A DNA stretch of 64,000 bases, from positions 50,230-114,229 of the forward strand of contig DASZVL010000028.1 in the NCBI GenBank assembly GCA_035547035.1, in the 5' to 3' direction. The notes below the pieces were generated by a model, which searched no databases, had not been told where the DNA came from, and saw only the letters and a list, made by a program, of their open reading frames with translations. The translations under genes were made by a program, and so were the position numbers. Shown one piece after another: positions 46,442 to 58,161 of the stretch; position 1 is the stretch's first letter; each line of letters opens with the position of its first letter. The stretch is from Mycobacteriales bacterium. GTDB lineage: Bacteria > Actinomycetota > Actinomycetes > JAFAQI01.

Positions 46442-46459
46442 ACGCGCTGACACCACCAC

Positions 46460-47767
46460 CTAGGCGCCGAACACCTGATTCGTGTAGACGTTGCTGAACA
46501 CCCGGTTCGGGTCGACCCGGTCACGGACCTTCATCGCATCGTCGAAGTGCGGATACCGCTCGCGAAGCGTCGCGGCGTCAAGCCAGTGCAGCTTCCCCCA
46601 GTGCGGCCGGCCGCCGACCTCGGCGGCGATCGACTCGACCGCGCGGAAGTAAGGCTCGTAGTCCACCCGATGCCACTGATGGACGGCGAGGTAGCCGCTG
46701 GCCCGTCCCGACGCGGTCGACAGCCAGATGTCATCGGCTGCGGCGACCCGCACCTCGACCGGGAAGGAGATGACCTCGCCGCTGCTCTCGATCCACGACC
46801 GCACCGAGCGGAACACATCCACCAGCCGTTCGCGGGGGACGGCGTACTCCATCTCGCGGAACCGCACCCGGCGCGGCGACACGAAGACGCGGTGCGACAC
46901 GTCGGTGAAGGTGCGCGCCGACAGCGCGCGAGCGGACAGCCGGTTGAAGCCGGGGATCGCCGTCGGGCGGCGATAGGCGATCCGCTGCACCGCCTCGAAG
47001 ACGCCGTTGGACAACAGCTCGTCGTCGAGCCACTCGCGCCATCGCGGTAGCTGCTTGCCCGGCTCGCCCGGCTCCGGCCGGTTGTTGCGCTTGGTGAGCG
47101 CGACGTCGGTGTGCGGGAACCAGTAGAACTCGAAGTGCTCGTTGCCGTCGGCCAGGGAGTCGAAGTCCTCGAGCACCTGCTGCAGCGGCATCGGTTGCTC
47201 GACCGCGGTGAGCCGAAACAGCGGCTCGCACTGCAGCGTGACCGCCGTGACGATCCCGAATGCACCGATGCCGACCCGCGCCGCCTGGAACAGCTCGGGA
47301 TCGGAGGTTTCGGCAACCTCGACCGTGGAGCCGTCCGCCAGCACCAGCTGAAGGCCGCGGACCTGCGTGGCGAGGCCGCCCAGCTTCGCGCCGGTCCCAT
47401 GGGTGCCGGTGGAGATCGCACCAGCGACGGTCTGGGCGTCGATGTCACCGAGATTGGTCATCGACAGACCGCGCGTCTCGAGCTCGGCGTTGAGCCGGTG
47501 CAGCGGCGTGCCGGCGCCAACCGTGACCAGCCCGCTCTCGGCGTCGGCCGACAAGATGCCGGCGAGGTTGTCGAGGCGCAGCTGGATGTCCTCGGCTACC
47601 GCCGTCGCGGTGAAGCTGTGGCCGGCGCCAACCGCCTTGACGGTCCGGCCGTCTTCCGCGGCGCGCTCGACGAGCAGGGCAACGGCGTCGACCGTGGCCG
47701 GGATGGCGACCTCACGAGGGTACGAAGACTGGTTGCGACCCCAGTTGTGCCACAACTCGTGACCCAC
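46460..47767 (-). CDS. FAD-linked oxidoreductase, D-arabinono-1,4-lactone oxidase / L-gulonolactone dehydrogenase family
   Basis: Starts at the GTG at 47767. Has the FAD-PCMH domain motif VKAVGAGHSFT and the C-terminal ALO domain motif GGRPHWGK. Confidence 0.8.
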   Translation of the reverse strand: MGHELWHNWGRNQSSYPREVAIPATVDAVALLVERAAEDGRTVKAVGAGHSFTATAVAEDIQLRLDNLAGILSADAESGLVTVGAGTPLHRLNAELETRGLSMTNLGDIDAQTVAGAISTGTHGTGAKLGGLATQVRGLQLVLADGSTVEVAETSDPELFQAARVGIGAFGIVTAVTLQCEPLFRLTAVEQPMPLQQVLEDFDSLADGNEHFEFYWFPHTDVALTKRNNRPEPGEPGKQLPRWREWLDDELLSNGVFEAVQRIAYRRPTAIPGFNRLSARALSARTFTDVSHRVFVSPRRVRFREMEYAVPRERLVDVFRSVRSWIESSGEVISFPVEVRVAAADDIWLSTASGRASGYLAVHQWHRVDYEPYFRAVESIAAEVGGRPHWGKLHWLDAATLRERYPHFDDAMKVRDRVDPNRVFSNVYTNQVFGA

Positions 47768-47800
47768 GAACGATCACCGTCCTTCGGATACGTTGCGCGG

Positions 47801-48805
47801 GTGCGGCTCGACGAGATCACGACCCCGGCCCTGATCGTCGACTCGGCCGCGCTCGATCGCAACCTAGCGACCATGGCGCAGGCCTGGCCCGGTCGGTCGC
47901 TGCGCCCACACGTGAAAGCGCACAAGACGACAGGGATCGCGAAACGTCAGGCAGCACTCGGCCACACCGGGTTCACCTGCGCCACGACTCGCGAGGTCGA
48001 GGTGATGGCGGGCGCCGGGCTCGGCATAGACCTGCTGCTGGCCAACGAGGTCGTCGACATGCGGCGGCTCGGCGCGGTCGTCGACGCCGGAGCGCGGGTG
48101 ACAGTCGCCATCGACTCCGAGGCGACTGTCACGGCGGCGGTCGCGGGTGGGGTCCGCGAGGTGCTCGTCGACGTCAACGTCGGTACGCCGCGATGCGGCT
48201 GCCCGCCCGAGCAAGCCGGCCGGCTCGCCGACCGCGCGCGATCCGCCGGGCTCGAGGTCCGTGGCGTCATGGGCTACGAGGGCCACGTCATGTTCGTCGA
48301 GGAGCCGGGCGAGCGGAAGGGGCAGACCGACGAGGCAATGCGCCTGCTGGCCGCCGCGCATGCCGATGTCGGCGGCGACATCATCTCCGGCGGCGGCACC
48401 GGCACGTGGCGGACGAACGACGGCGTGAGCGAGCTACAGGCGGGTTCCTACGCGTTGATGGACACGGAGTACCGCAAGCTCCCAGATGTCACGTTCGAGC
48501 AGGCACTGACCGTGCTCGCGACAGTCATCTCGGTAGGCGACGGGTGGGTGGTGGCCGACGCAGGACTCAAGGCGTTCGGCATGGATCACGGCAATCCCGC
48601 GCTGCCGGGCATGCTCATCTGGTACTGCTCGGACGAGCATGTCGTCTTCTCGGCCGAGGAAGGCCAGGCACTGCCGTCAGTCGGCGATCGAGTCCGGCTC
48701 GAACCGGCCCACATCGACCCGACCTGTGCGCTGCACGAGCGGATGCACGTCGTCGACGGCGACGCGATCATCGACGAGTGGCCTGTCGACATGCGCGGCT
48801 GGTGA
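47801..48805 (+). CDS. alanine-racemase-fold PLP enzyme (DSD1 / D-threonine aldolase-like)
   Basis: Starts at the GTG at 47801. Has TPALIVDSAALDRNL, the PLP lysine in RPHVKAHKT, and a C-terminal D-serine-dehydratase-like domain. Confidence 0.7.
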   Translation: MRLDEITTPALIVDSAALDRNLATMAQAWPGRSLRPHVKAHKTTGIAKRQAALGHTGFTCATTREVEVMAGAGLGIDLLLANEVVDMRRLGAVVDAGARVTVAIDSEATVTAAVAGGVREVLVDVNVGTPRCGCPPEQAGRLADRARSAGLEVRGVMGYEGHVMFVEEPGERKGQTDEAMRLLAAAHADVGGDIISGGGTGTWRTNDGVSELQAGSYALMDTEYRKLPDVTFEQALTVLATVISVGDGWVVADAGLKAFGMDHGNPALPGMLIWYCSDEHVVFSAEEGQALPSVGDRVRLEPAHIDPTCALHERMHVVDGDAIIDEWPVDMRGW

Positions 48806-48820
48806 CCGGCGGACCCGTGG

Positions 48821-49570
48821 CTACAGCTGTGAGTGGCTCCAGTCGACGCGGTGGAACGGCACCACCGGGGAGCCCACGTCGAGCTGGACGTCCTCCCGCG
48901 ATGCCAGCCTGATGTCAGCCGGGTTGCCGTTGAACGGCTGCCCGTCGACGTACGCCGTGACCGGGCCCTTCGCCGGCCCGACTTGAGTCGCGCTGAGCGG
49001 CTGCCCCCACTCGGCGAAGAACTGTCCCAACGTGTAGGTGCTCTGCGTCGGCGACTCGATGTGGATCACGCCGTCCTGGGCGTGGACGTGAAGCCAGTAG
49101 TAGCAACGTGTTGCACCGAAGAACGGCCCTTCTGGCGTCTCCTGGGCTTGCGGATCGACGATGCCGATCCCACCCGGCAGCGGTCGCAGCGTGCCGTCGA
49201 TATACATCGCGAGGTGGGTGTGGATGTGGTACGCGACCTGTTCACTGGCGTTGCACTGAATGCCGTCGACGGTCTTGCCGTCAGCGGGCGTCGCGGCAGG
49301 AGCCAGCGGTTTGCCCGACTCGAGCACGATGCCCTCCGGGCCGGGCTGACCGGTGAGCAGCGCCGCGGAGGTCGTCGGGGCCGGCGGGCTGTTCGTTGCC
49401 GCCGTCTTGCCGCCGCCACCCCCGGTGGTGGCGACCACGACGATCACCACGGCGACGACCAGCACCGCCACGACGACCGACGACGTCACGACGGTGCGAC
49501 GGCGCCGCGCGGAGCGCGCCTGCTCCTCGCGCATGGCAGCCGCGCGCTTGCGTGGCCCGCTGTCCGACAT
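48821..49570 (-). CDS. membrane-anchored hypothetical protein with His-rich ectodomain
   Basis: Has a basic N-terminus, one TM (VVTSSVVVAVLVVAVVIVVVA) and a Gly/Pro/Thr linker. The following domain contains CNASEQVAYHIHTHL and CYYWLHVHAQDGVIH. Confidence 0.6.
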   Translation of the reverse strand: MSDSGPRKRAAAMREEQARSARRRRTVVTSSVVVAVLVVAVVIVVVATTGGGGGKTAATNSPPAPTTSAALLTGQPGPEGIVLESGKPLAPAATPADGKTVDGIQCNASEQVAYHIHTHLAMYIDGTLRPLPGGIGIVDPQAQETPEGPFFGATRCYYWLHVHAQDGVIHIESPTQSTYTLGQFFAEWGQPLSATQVGPAKGPVTAYVDGQPFNGNPADIRLASREDVQLDVGSPVVPFHRVDWSHSQL

Positions 49571-49625
49571 CTCACAACTCTTGCACCCAGTCGCTCTTGC
49601 GGTGACGTGGACCCTCGGTATAGAT

Positions 49626-49644
49626 ATTGAGACGCAGTCTCAAT
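49626..49644. promoter_or_regulatory. perfect 8-3-8 palindrome ATTGAGAC-GCA-GTCTCAAT, candidate FurA box
   Basis: An AT-rich perfect inverted repeat ends 2 nt before the first possible furA start codon (GTG at 49647), in the region divergent from 48821-49570. Confidence 0.55.
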
Positions 49645-49646
49645 TA

Positions 49647-52269
<2,623 letters not shown>

Positions 52270-52341
52270 GGCGGGGGCGGCGAAGCCTGCCGCGCGGGTC
52301 TGACAGAAGGAGCGGTGGTGATCACCGGCGAATAGTTGGGA

Positions 52342-53880
52342 ATGCGACTTCGCCCAACCGTCGGCCTGATCACCACCGCTCTTTCGGTAGCGGCAGCTCT
52401 CGCAGCGCCGGGGGCAGGAGCCGCAGCGGGCCCGATCACCACCAACGGCTGCGTGCTCAGCGTCCCGGATCCCGGCAGCACCACGCCGGTGCAGATCTGC
52501 TACTCGCTGTTCCGCCCGGCCGACGCATCGCCGTCGCACAAGGTGCCGCTGATCTTCCACAGCCACGGCTGGGGCGGCTCGCGCGTCACGAGCGCGACGG
52601 ACTCGCAGGTCAAGCCGTTCCTCGACGCGGACTATGGCGTGCTGTCCTTCGACCAGCGCGGCTTCGGCCAGAGCGGTGGCAAGGCCTACGTCGAGAACCC
52701 GGACGTCGAGGGCCGCGACGTGGAGAAGCTGGTCGCCCTCGTCAGCCGCCTGAGCTGGGTGGTGCAGGACGGCCCGGGTGACCCGCGGATCGGGTCGATC
52801 GGGGGGTCGTACGGCGGCGGCTACCAGTTCGTCGGTGCTTTCCGGGAGATCGCCGACCAGCACAAGCAGGTCTTCGACGCGATGGCTCCGCAGATCACCT
52901 GGTGGGACCTCAAGCAGTCCCTCGCGCCGTCAGGAGTCGCCAAGACCGAGTGGGCGTCGCTGCTGACCGCAGCCGGTGTGTCGGCGCTGCCACCGTCCGT
53001 GCTCGAGGGCTTCGCCGAGTCCGCCGCGACCGGCACCTGGACCGACGGCTCGATCCCCGGCACGGCGAACCTCAACGCGTTCTTCGCCAAGAACGGCCCG
53101 TCGTGGCAGGTGTCGCAGGGCCGGCGGATCAATGTTCCCGTGCTCTTCGGCCAGGGCATCACCGACGAGCTGTTCCCGCTCGACCAGGGGTTGCAGAACT
53201 GGGCCTACGCGCTCACTCCGCAAGCGCGGCGCAAGAGCATCTTCATCGGCTACAACGGCGGCCACGTGCTGCCCAACGCGTTCCCGCAGACGATCCAGCC
53301 CAGCGGCGACCCGTGCAGCTCTGCCCTCACTCATGGCAAGGACTTCACCTGGCTGACCGTGCAGTTCTTCAACCGCTATCTGAAGCACGAGGACGTCAAG
53401 CTGCCCGGCCTGGACGAGTACCACCTTGCGACCGCAGGCGGCACCTGTACGACGACCCGTTCCGTGACCCCGGACCGCACCTACAAGGTCGGCACGGTCG
53501 CGACGCCTGAGCTCGCCGGGCCGGCGCTGGCGACGAAGATCGCCGACGGTCCGCTGCGGATCGCCGGGACGCCGTACCTTTCCGGTGACGTCACCGCGCT
53601 GGGCGTGAACAACCGCGCGTTCTACGCCCTCGGCATCGGGACCAGTCCGGCGGACGCCAAGATCGTGCAGGGCGACATGTACCCGTGGGCCTCGACCACA
53701 CCGGTGCAGGGCGTCTCCGGACGCGTGGAGCTGCCATCGGTGGCGGTCAACGTTCCGCAGGGCCAGTCACTGTTCATCATCGCGGCGGCCACCAACGACA
53801 TGTTCGCCGGGTTCGGCAGCCGCACCCCGGGAGTCGTCGTGTTCAACAACGCCAAAGTGAGCCTGCCGGTCGTCCGGTAG
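52342..53880 (+). CDS. secreted alpha/beta hydrolase, CocE/NonD (S15)-like
   Basis: Starts at the ATG at 52342 (MRLRPTVGLITTALSVAAALAAPGAGAAAG signal). Has HSHGWGGS and the elbow SIGGSYGGGYQ. Confidence 0.7.
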   Translation: MRLRPTVGLITTALSVAAALAAPGAGAAAGPITTNGCVLSVPDPGSTTPVQICYSLFRPADASPSHKVPLIFHSHGWGGSRVTSATDSQVKPFLDADYGVLSFDQRGFGQSGGKAYVENPDVEGRDVEKLVALVSRLSWVVQDGPGDPRIGSIGGSYGGGYQFVGAFREIADQHKQVFDAMAPQITWWDLKQSLAPSGVAKTEWASLLTAAGVSALPPSVLEGFAESAATGTWTDGSIPGTANLNAFFAKNGPSWQVSQGRRINVPVLFGQGITDELFPLDQGLQNWAYALTPQARRKSIFIGYNGGHVLPNAFPQTIQPSGDPCSSALTHGKDFTWLTVQFFNRYLKHEDVKLPGLDEYHLATAGGTCTTTRSVTPDRTYKVGTVATPELAGPALATKIADGPLRIAGTPYLSGDVTALGVNNRAFYALGIGTSPADAKIVQGDMYPWASTTPVQGVSGRVELPSVAVNVPQGQSLFIIAAATNDMFAGFGSRTPGVVVFNNAKVSLPVVR

Positions 53881-53907
53881 GCCCCGCGCACCTGGGAGGG
53901 TGGCGTG

Positions 53908-55686
53908 ATGCGCGCTCGCCTGTCCGTCCTCGCCGCCGTCGCTCTTGCGCTCGGTCTCACCCCACTCGTGACGCCGGCGCTGGCATCACCGCCTGCCGGC
54001 GCCGCCGCGCCCGTCGTGCCGGTGCAATGGAAGCCGCGGCCGGCGACGTACGGCGTGGTGAAACAGCAGAACGTCGAGATCCGCATGGACGACGGGGTGA
54101 AGCTGTCTGCCAATGTGATTCGCCCGGCCGGCCAGGACGGCAAGCCCGCGCCGGGCAGGTTCCCCGTCATCCTCACGCAGACGGCGTACAACAAAGAGGC
54201 TCCCGGGCTGAACATGGAAGACGACTACATGGTTCAGCGCGGCTACATCCAGGTCCTCGTCGATGCCCGCGGCACGGGCTCGTCGGAAGGCGGATGGACC
54301 GCCTTCGGTCCGCGAGAGAAGAAGGACTCCTGCGAGCTTGCGGCATGGGCGGTCAAGGTGCCCGGCAGCGACGGGCGCCTTGCCCTCGACGGCGGCTCGT
54401 ACGGCGGCATCAACCAGCTGTTCACCGCCGCCTGCCACCCGAAGGGCCTGCGCGCGATCTTCCCCGTGGTGCCGATGGGCGATGCCTATCGCGACGTCAC
54501 GGTGTCCGGCGGCGAGACCGACACCGCGTTCATCCCCTCCTGGATGGGACTCGTCACCGGTGCGGGACTTCTCACGACGTCGGTCACCTCCGATCCGGGT
54601 GAGGGTGTCACGGCGTTTGCGAACCACGTCACGAACGTCGCGACGTTCCAGCTCCCCACCGTCGCCTCCGCGGCGCTCGGCCAGGAGGTCGGGACCACCG
54701 ACGGCGAGTTCGACGGCAAGTTCTACAAGGACCGCTCACCGCTGGACATCATCAACAAGGTCGGCGTGCCGACGTTCATCGTCGGCGGCGAGTACGACCT
54801 GTTCCAGCGCGGCGAGCCCATGCTCTACAACGCGCTGCGTGCTCGGGGTGTGCCCGCCCGCCTGCTGATCGGGCCGTGGACCCACCTCGACGCGTCGAGC
54901 GCCGGTACCCAGCCGCTCGAGCTGCGCTGGTTCGACCACTACGTGCGCGGCGTGAAGGATCCCACCCTGGATCGGGACATCCCGCCGGTCACGGTGTACC
55001 GCCTCGGTCTCGGCAAGTTCGTGACGTCGTCGAGCTATCCGATCGCCGGCACGCGCTACACGTCACAGCGTCTGCCCTCAGGAAGCAAGGCGATCCCCTA
55101 CCTGCCGATCGCCGGGGTGTGCAGCTCATCGACGTCGCAGTGGACGGCCGGCGGGGTTCCGATGGGGCTACCGGCCTGCACGGGCGACCACTCGCTCAAC
55201 GACAAGCTCGGGGCGACGTACGACTTCCCGGTGCGCGGCAAGCCGTTGCTGTTCAACGGGACATCGATGGCGCGGTTGTTCGTGTCGACCACCCGTTCCG
55301 ATGCCTTCATCACCGCACGTCTCGAAGACCTGTCACCCAGCGGTCAGTCGACGCCGATCACGAATGGCTGGCAGATGCTGAGCCTTCGCAAGGTCGACCC
55401 GAAGCGGTCGGCCAGGCGCAACGGGATGATGATCCAGCCGTGGCATCCGGACACCCGCGGCTCGGTGGAGAAGGTGCAGCCGGGCAAGGTCTACGAGCTC
55501 GACGTCGAGATCTTCCCGACCGCCGCGCAGATCCCGGTCGGCGACTCGCTGCGGCTGGCCATCCAAACGTCGGATGAACCGCACCTGACGCCCTCGTTGC
55601 CATCGGCTGTCAACCAGCTCGGCGGCACGGTGACGGTGTACTCATCGGCCAAGTACCCCAGCGCGCTCGTCTTCGGCCGGGGATGA
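53908..55686 (+). CDS. secreted CocE/NonD family hydrolase (S15 X-Pro dipeptidyl-peptidase-like)
   Basis: Starts at the ATG at 53908, after the RBS GGGAGGG. Has a signal peptide, DARGTGSSEG, the elbow LDGGSYGGINQ and a C-terminal beta-sandwich. Confidence 0.75.
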   Translation: MRARLSVLAAVALALGLTPLVTPALASPPAGAAAPVVPVQWKPRPATYGVVKQQNVEIRMDDGVKLSANVIRPAGQDGKPAPGRFPVILTQTAYNKEAPGLNMEDDYMVQRGYIQVLVDARGTGSSEGGWTAFGPREKKDSCELAAWAVKVPGSDGRLALDGGSYGGINQLFTAACHPKGLRAIFPVVPMGDAYRDVTVSGGETDTAFIPSWMGLVTGAGLLTTSVTSDPGEGVTAFANHVTNVATFQLPTVASAALGQEVGTTDGEFDGKFYKDRSPLDIINKVGVPTFIVGGEYDLFQRGEPMLYNALRARGVPARLLIGPWTHLDASSAGTQPLELRWFDHYVRGVKDPTLDRDIPPVTVYRLGLGKFVTSSSYPIAGTRYTSQRLPSGSKAIPYLPIAGVCSSSTSQWTAGGVPMGLPACTGDHSLNDKLGATYDFPVRGKPLLFNGTSMARLFVSTTRSDAFITARLEDLSPSGQSTPITNGWQMLSLRKVDPKRSARRNGMMIQPWHPDTRGSVEKVQPGKVYELDVEIFPTAAQIPVGDSLRLAIQTSDEPHLTPSLPSAVNQLGGTVTVYSSAKYPSALVFGRG

Positions 55687-55693
55687 TGCTCGC

Positions 55694-57181
55694 GTGACGG
55701 TCGACCGGCGGACTCTGCTCAAAGGCGCGGCGGTCGCATCGGGCGCAGCACTGCTCGGCGTCAACGCGAGCGGCCAGGCGGCCGCGCAGCCGTTCCTGAA
55801 CCTCGGCCCGATCGGGACGCCGTCGTTCACCTCGATCGAGGGACGCTCGCCGGTCGAGCACGTGGTCGTCGTGATGATGGAGAACCGCAGCTTCGACCAC
55901 TTCATGGGCTGGCTGCCGGGCGCCAACGGCATCGGGATCGACCCCGACGGCAAGGTCGTCGACCACGAGCGTTACGAGTCCTTCCGCTTCCGCGACCGGA
56001 CCGGCAAGTCGCACGGCATCTTCAAGACCGACGTCCTCAACGCGTGCGCTGACGCCGACCAGGACCACGGCTACACCGGCGGCCGGATCCAGTGGAACCA
56101 CGGCAAGATGAACGGCTTCGTGCAGGACCCGGAGAACACGGCGTACTCACTGAGCTACTACGACTCGACCGCGCGGGTGTTCAGCAGCCCGCTCGCGATG
56201 AGCTACACGACTTGCGACAACTACTTCTGCTCCTACCTCGGCCCGACCTGGCCGAACCGGTTCTTCCAGCACGCGGCGCAGACCGACCGGCAGAACAACA
56301 ACGTCCACCCTGACGGCTCGAAGCTGCCGGTGGTCGCGTCATCCGTCCCGACGATCTGGGACCAGCTCAACCAGCCCGGCGGCCCGAGCGGTCGCTACTA
56401 CTTCAACGACCTGCCATTCCTCGGGCTCTGGGGTCTGAAGCACATCGCCCAGTCCGCGCCGTACGAGCAGTTCCTCGTCGACGCCGCGCTCGGCAACCTG
56501 CCGAACTTCTCGATGGTCGACCCGCGGTTCGAGGACGAGGGCAGCGGTACGTCGGGTGACGACCACCCGCTTGCGGACCTGCGGGCCGGCGACGCGTTCC
56601 TGTCCGAGGTGTTCCACGCGCTGGCGAACAGTCCGAAGTGGTCCAAGACGTTGCTCGTCATCAACTACGACGAGTGGGGCGGCTTCTTCGACCACGTCGC
56701 GCCACCGCTGGTGGCGCCCGGAAACCAGACCCTCGACACGCAGGACGTCGTACGGGACCGCTCCGGGCGCATCTCGAAGGTGCTCGCGGGGTTCCGGGTG
56801 CCGTGCATCCTGGTCTCGCCGTGGACGAAGGGCAGCCCGGACAAGCCGCGCATCAGCTCCTACGCCTTCGACCACGCGTCGGTGCTGCGATTCGTCGAGT
56901 GGAACTGGAAGCTCCACGCGATCACCCCGCGCGATGCGTCGATTCCCTTCGCGGGCGCCTCACGCAAGCACCTCAGCAACCTTCGCTACGCACTGGACTT
57001 CGCGCACCCGCGGACGAAGGTGCCTGATCTTCCGGAGGCGGCGAAGTTCGTGTCGAGCGGATGCGACGTACCGATCCTGCCGCCAGGCGGCGTCAACGTC
57101 GGACCAGGAGCGAGGCCACCACAGGACGACCGCCCCTGGAAGGCGCTCAAAGAGTCAGGCCTCCTCAAAGGCTGGATCTAA
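55694..57181 (+). CDS. Tat-exported phosphoesterase family protein (phospholipase C / acid phosphatase family)
   Basis: Has a twin-arginine signal (VDRRTLLKGAAVASGAALLG) and the phosphoesterase family motif VVVVMMENRSFDHFMGWL. Confidence 0.8.
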   Translation: MTVDRRTLLKGAAVASGAALLGVNASGQAAAQPFLNLGPIGTPSFTSIEGRSPVEHVVVVMMENRSFDHFMGWLPGANGIGIDPDGKVVDHERYESFRFRDRTGKSHGIFKTDVLNACADADQDHGYTGGRIQWNHGKMNGFVQDPENTAYSLSYYDSTARVFSSPLAMSYTTCDNYFCSYLGPTWPNRFFQHAAQTDRQNNNVHPDGSKLPVVASSVPTIWDQLNQPGGPSGRYYFNDLPFLGLWGLKHIAQSAPYEQFLVDAALGNLPNFSMVDPRFEDEGSGTSGDDHPLADLRAGDAFLSEVFHALANSPKWSKTLLVINYDEWGGFFDHVAPPLVAPGNQTLDTQDVVRDRSGRISKVLAGFRVPCILVSPWTKGSPDKPRISSYAFDHASVLRFVEWNWKLHAITPRDASIPFAGASRKHLSNLRYALDFAHPRTKVPDLPEAAKFVSSGCDVPILPPGGVNVGPGARPPQDDRPWKALKESGLLKGWI

Positions 57182-57197
57182 CCCGGCCGGTTTGTTC

Positions 57198-57259
57198 GTC
57201 GAGCCCAACGTTACGGCTGCCTCAAGTGCCCTTGAGGCGCCATCGTCGTTGGGCTCGGC
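57198..57259. repeat. nested palindromic intergenic element, copy B
   Basis: The outer stem is GTCGAGCCCAACG / CGTTGGGCTCGGC. It encloses the inner hairpin GCCTCAAG-TGCC-CTTGAGGC. The flanks match copy A, with a compensatory G/C swap in the stem. Confidence 0.5.
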
Positions 57260-57270
57260 GGTGCGAGCAG

Positions 57271-58161
57271 CTAGCCGCGGACGAGGTTGACGATGGTCTG
57301 CCGCGCCGGTTTGCCTTCGGGGATCGGCAGGATCGGGTAGACGTGCGGCAGCTTGGGCTCCGCATGCACCGTCAGGTCGGCGCCGTCCCGCTTCACCGCC
57401 GCGGCGAACGGCTCGACGTCGGCATAGAAGATGTCGTGCGTGCCGATGAACAGGTCGATCGGCGCGAGTCCGTTCATCTTCCCGAACATCGGGCTGACCT
57501 TCGGATCCTTCGGGTCCAGCGGTCCGGCGTACTTGAGCCCGCAGTAGCGCAGCCCGTCGACGCTCAGCATGATGTCGTGCGGCTCGATCTCGCGGGCCTT
57601 GGGCTCACTCAACGTGACGTCGAGCCACGGGCTGATCAGCACCGTTCGGTTGGGCTGCTTGCCCCGGTCCCGCAGCTCCTGCGCGACCGCGAGGGCCATG
57701 CCACCACCGGCGCTGTCACCCATCAAGGTCACCGCGTCGGCGCCGTACCGGTCGATCGCCTGCTCAGTCAGGTCAGCCATCGCAGGCACGGTGTTACCTG
57801 CGGTCTCCTCGGGCGCGAGCGTGTAGATCGGGATCGTGAACCGCGCGGGCGCGGTTTGCGCGATCTCCTTGATGAAGCGCCAGTGGAACGGCGAGATCTC
57901 GAAGGTGTACGAGCCGCCGTGCAGGTACACGACATGGCGGGTGGGCGCGCTGCCCGTCGGCTTCAGGCCGTAGACCGTCACACCGTCGACCTCGTGCGTG
58001 GCGATGTCGAGCTCTCGCGCGACCTTGTCCGACGGCGCGATGTGGGCCGTCTTGGCACGCGACTTGTCGATCTGCTTCTGCATCCGAGCGGGAGTGGCCG
58101 GCCCCGTTGCCTTCCGAATGCCGCGAACCACGATCTGGGTCGTGCGAAGCTGCCAGCTCAT
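57271..58161 (-). CDS. alpha/beta hydrolase, HSL-type (family IV) esterase/lipase
   Basis: Has the HGG oxyanion motif (VVYLHGGSY) and the elbow MGDSAGGGMAL. Confidence 0.8.
   Translation of the reverse strand: MSWQLRTTQIVVRGIRKATGPATPARMQKQIDKSRAKTAHIAPSDKVARELDIATHEVDGVTVYGLKPTGSAPTRHVVYLHGGSYTFEISPFHWRFIKEIAQTAPARFTIPIYTLAPEETAGNTVPAMADLTEQAIDRYGADAVTLMGDSAGGGMALAVAQELRDRGKQPNRTVLISPWLDVTLSEPKAREIEPHDIMLSVDGLRYCGLKYAGPLDPKDPKVSPMFGKMNGLAPIDLFIGTHDIFYADVEPFAAAVKRDGADLTVHAEPKLPHVYPILPIPEGKPARQTIVNLVRG

Noticed and set aside
46300-46524. A 74-aa minus-strand ORF spanning the hairpin region.
   Set aside because: It lies in the structured non-coding gap between convergent genes. It overlaps the 3' end of the oxidase gene and shows no coding-like third-position bias by eye.
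52317-52326. A 10-bp perfect palindrome, GGTGATCACC, upstream of the secreted hydrolase gene.
   Set aside because: It is short and isolated, with no partner site. It cannot be distinguished from chance without a genome-wide count.
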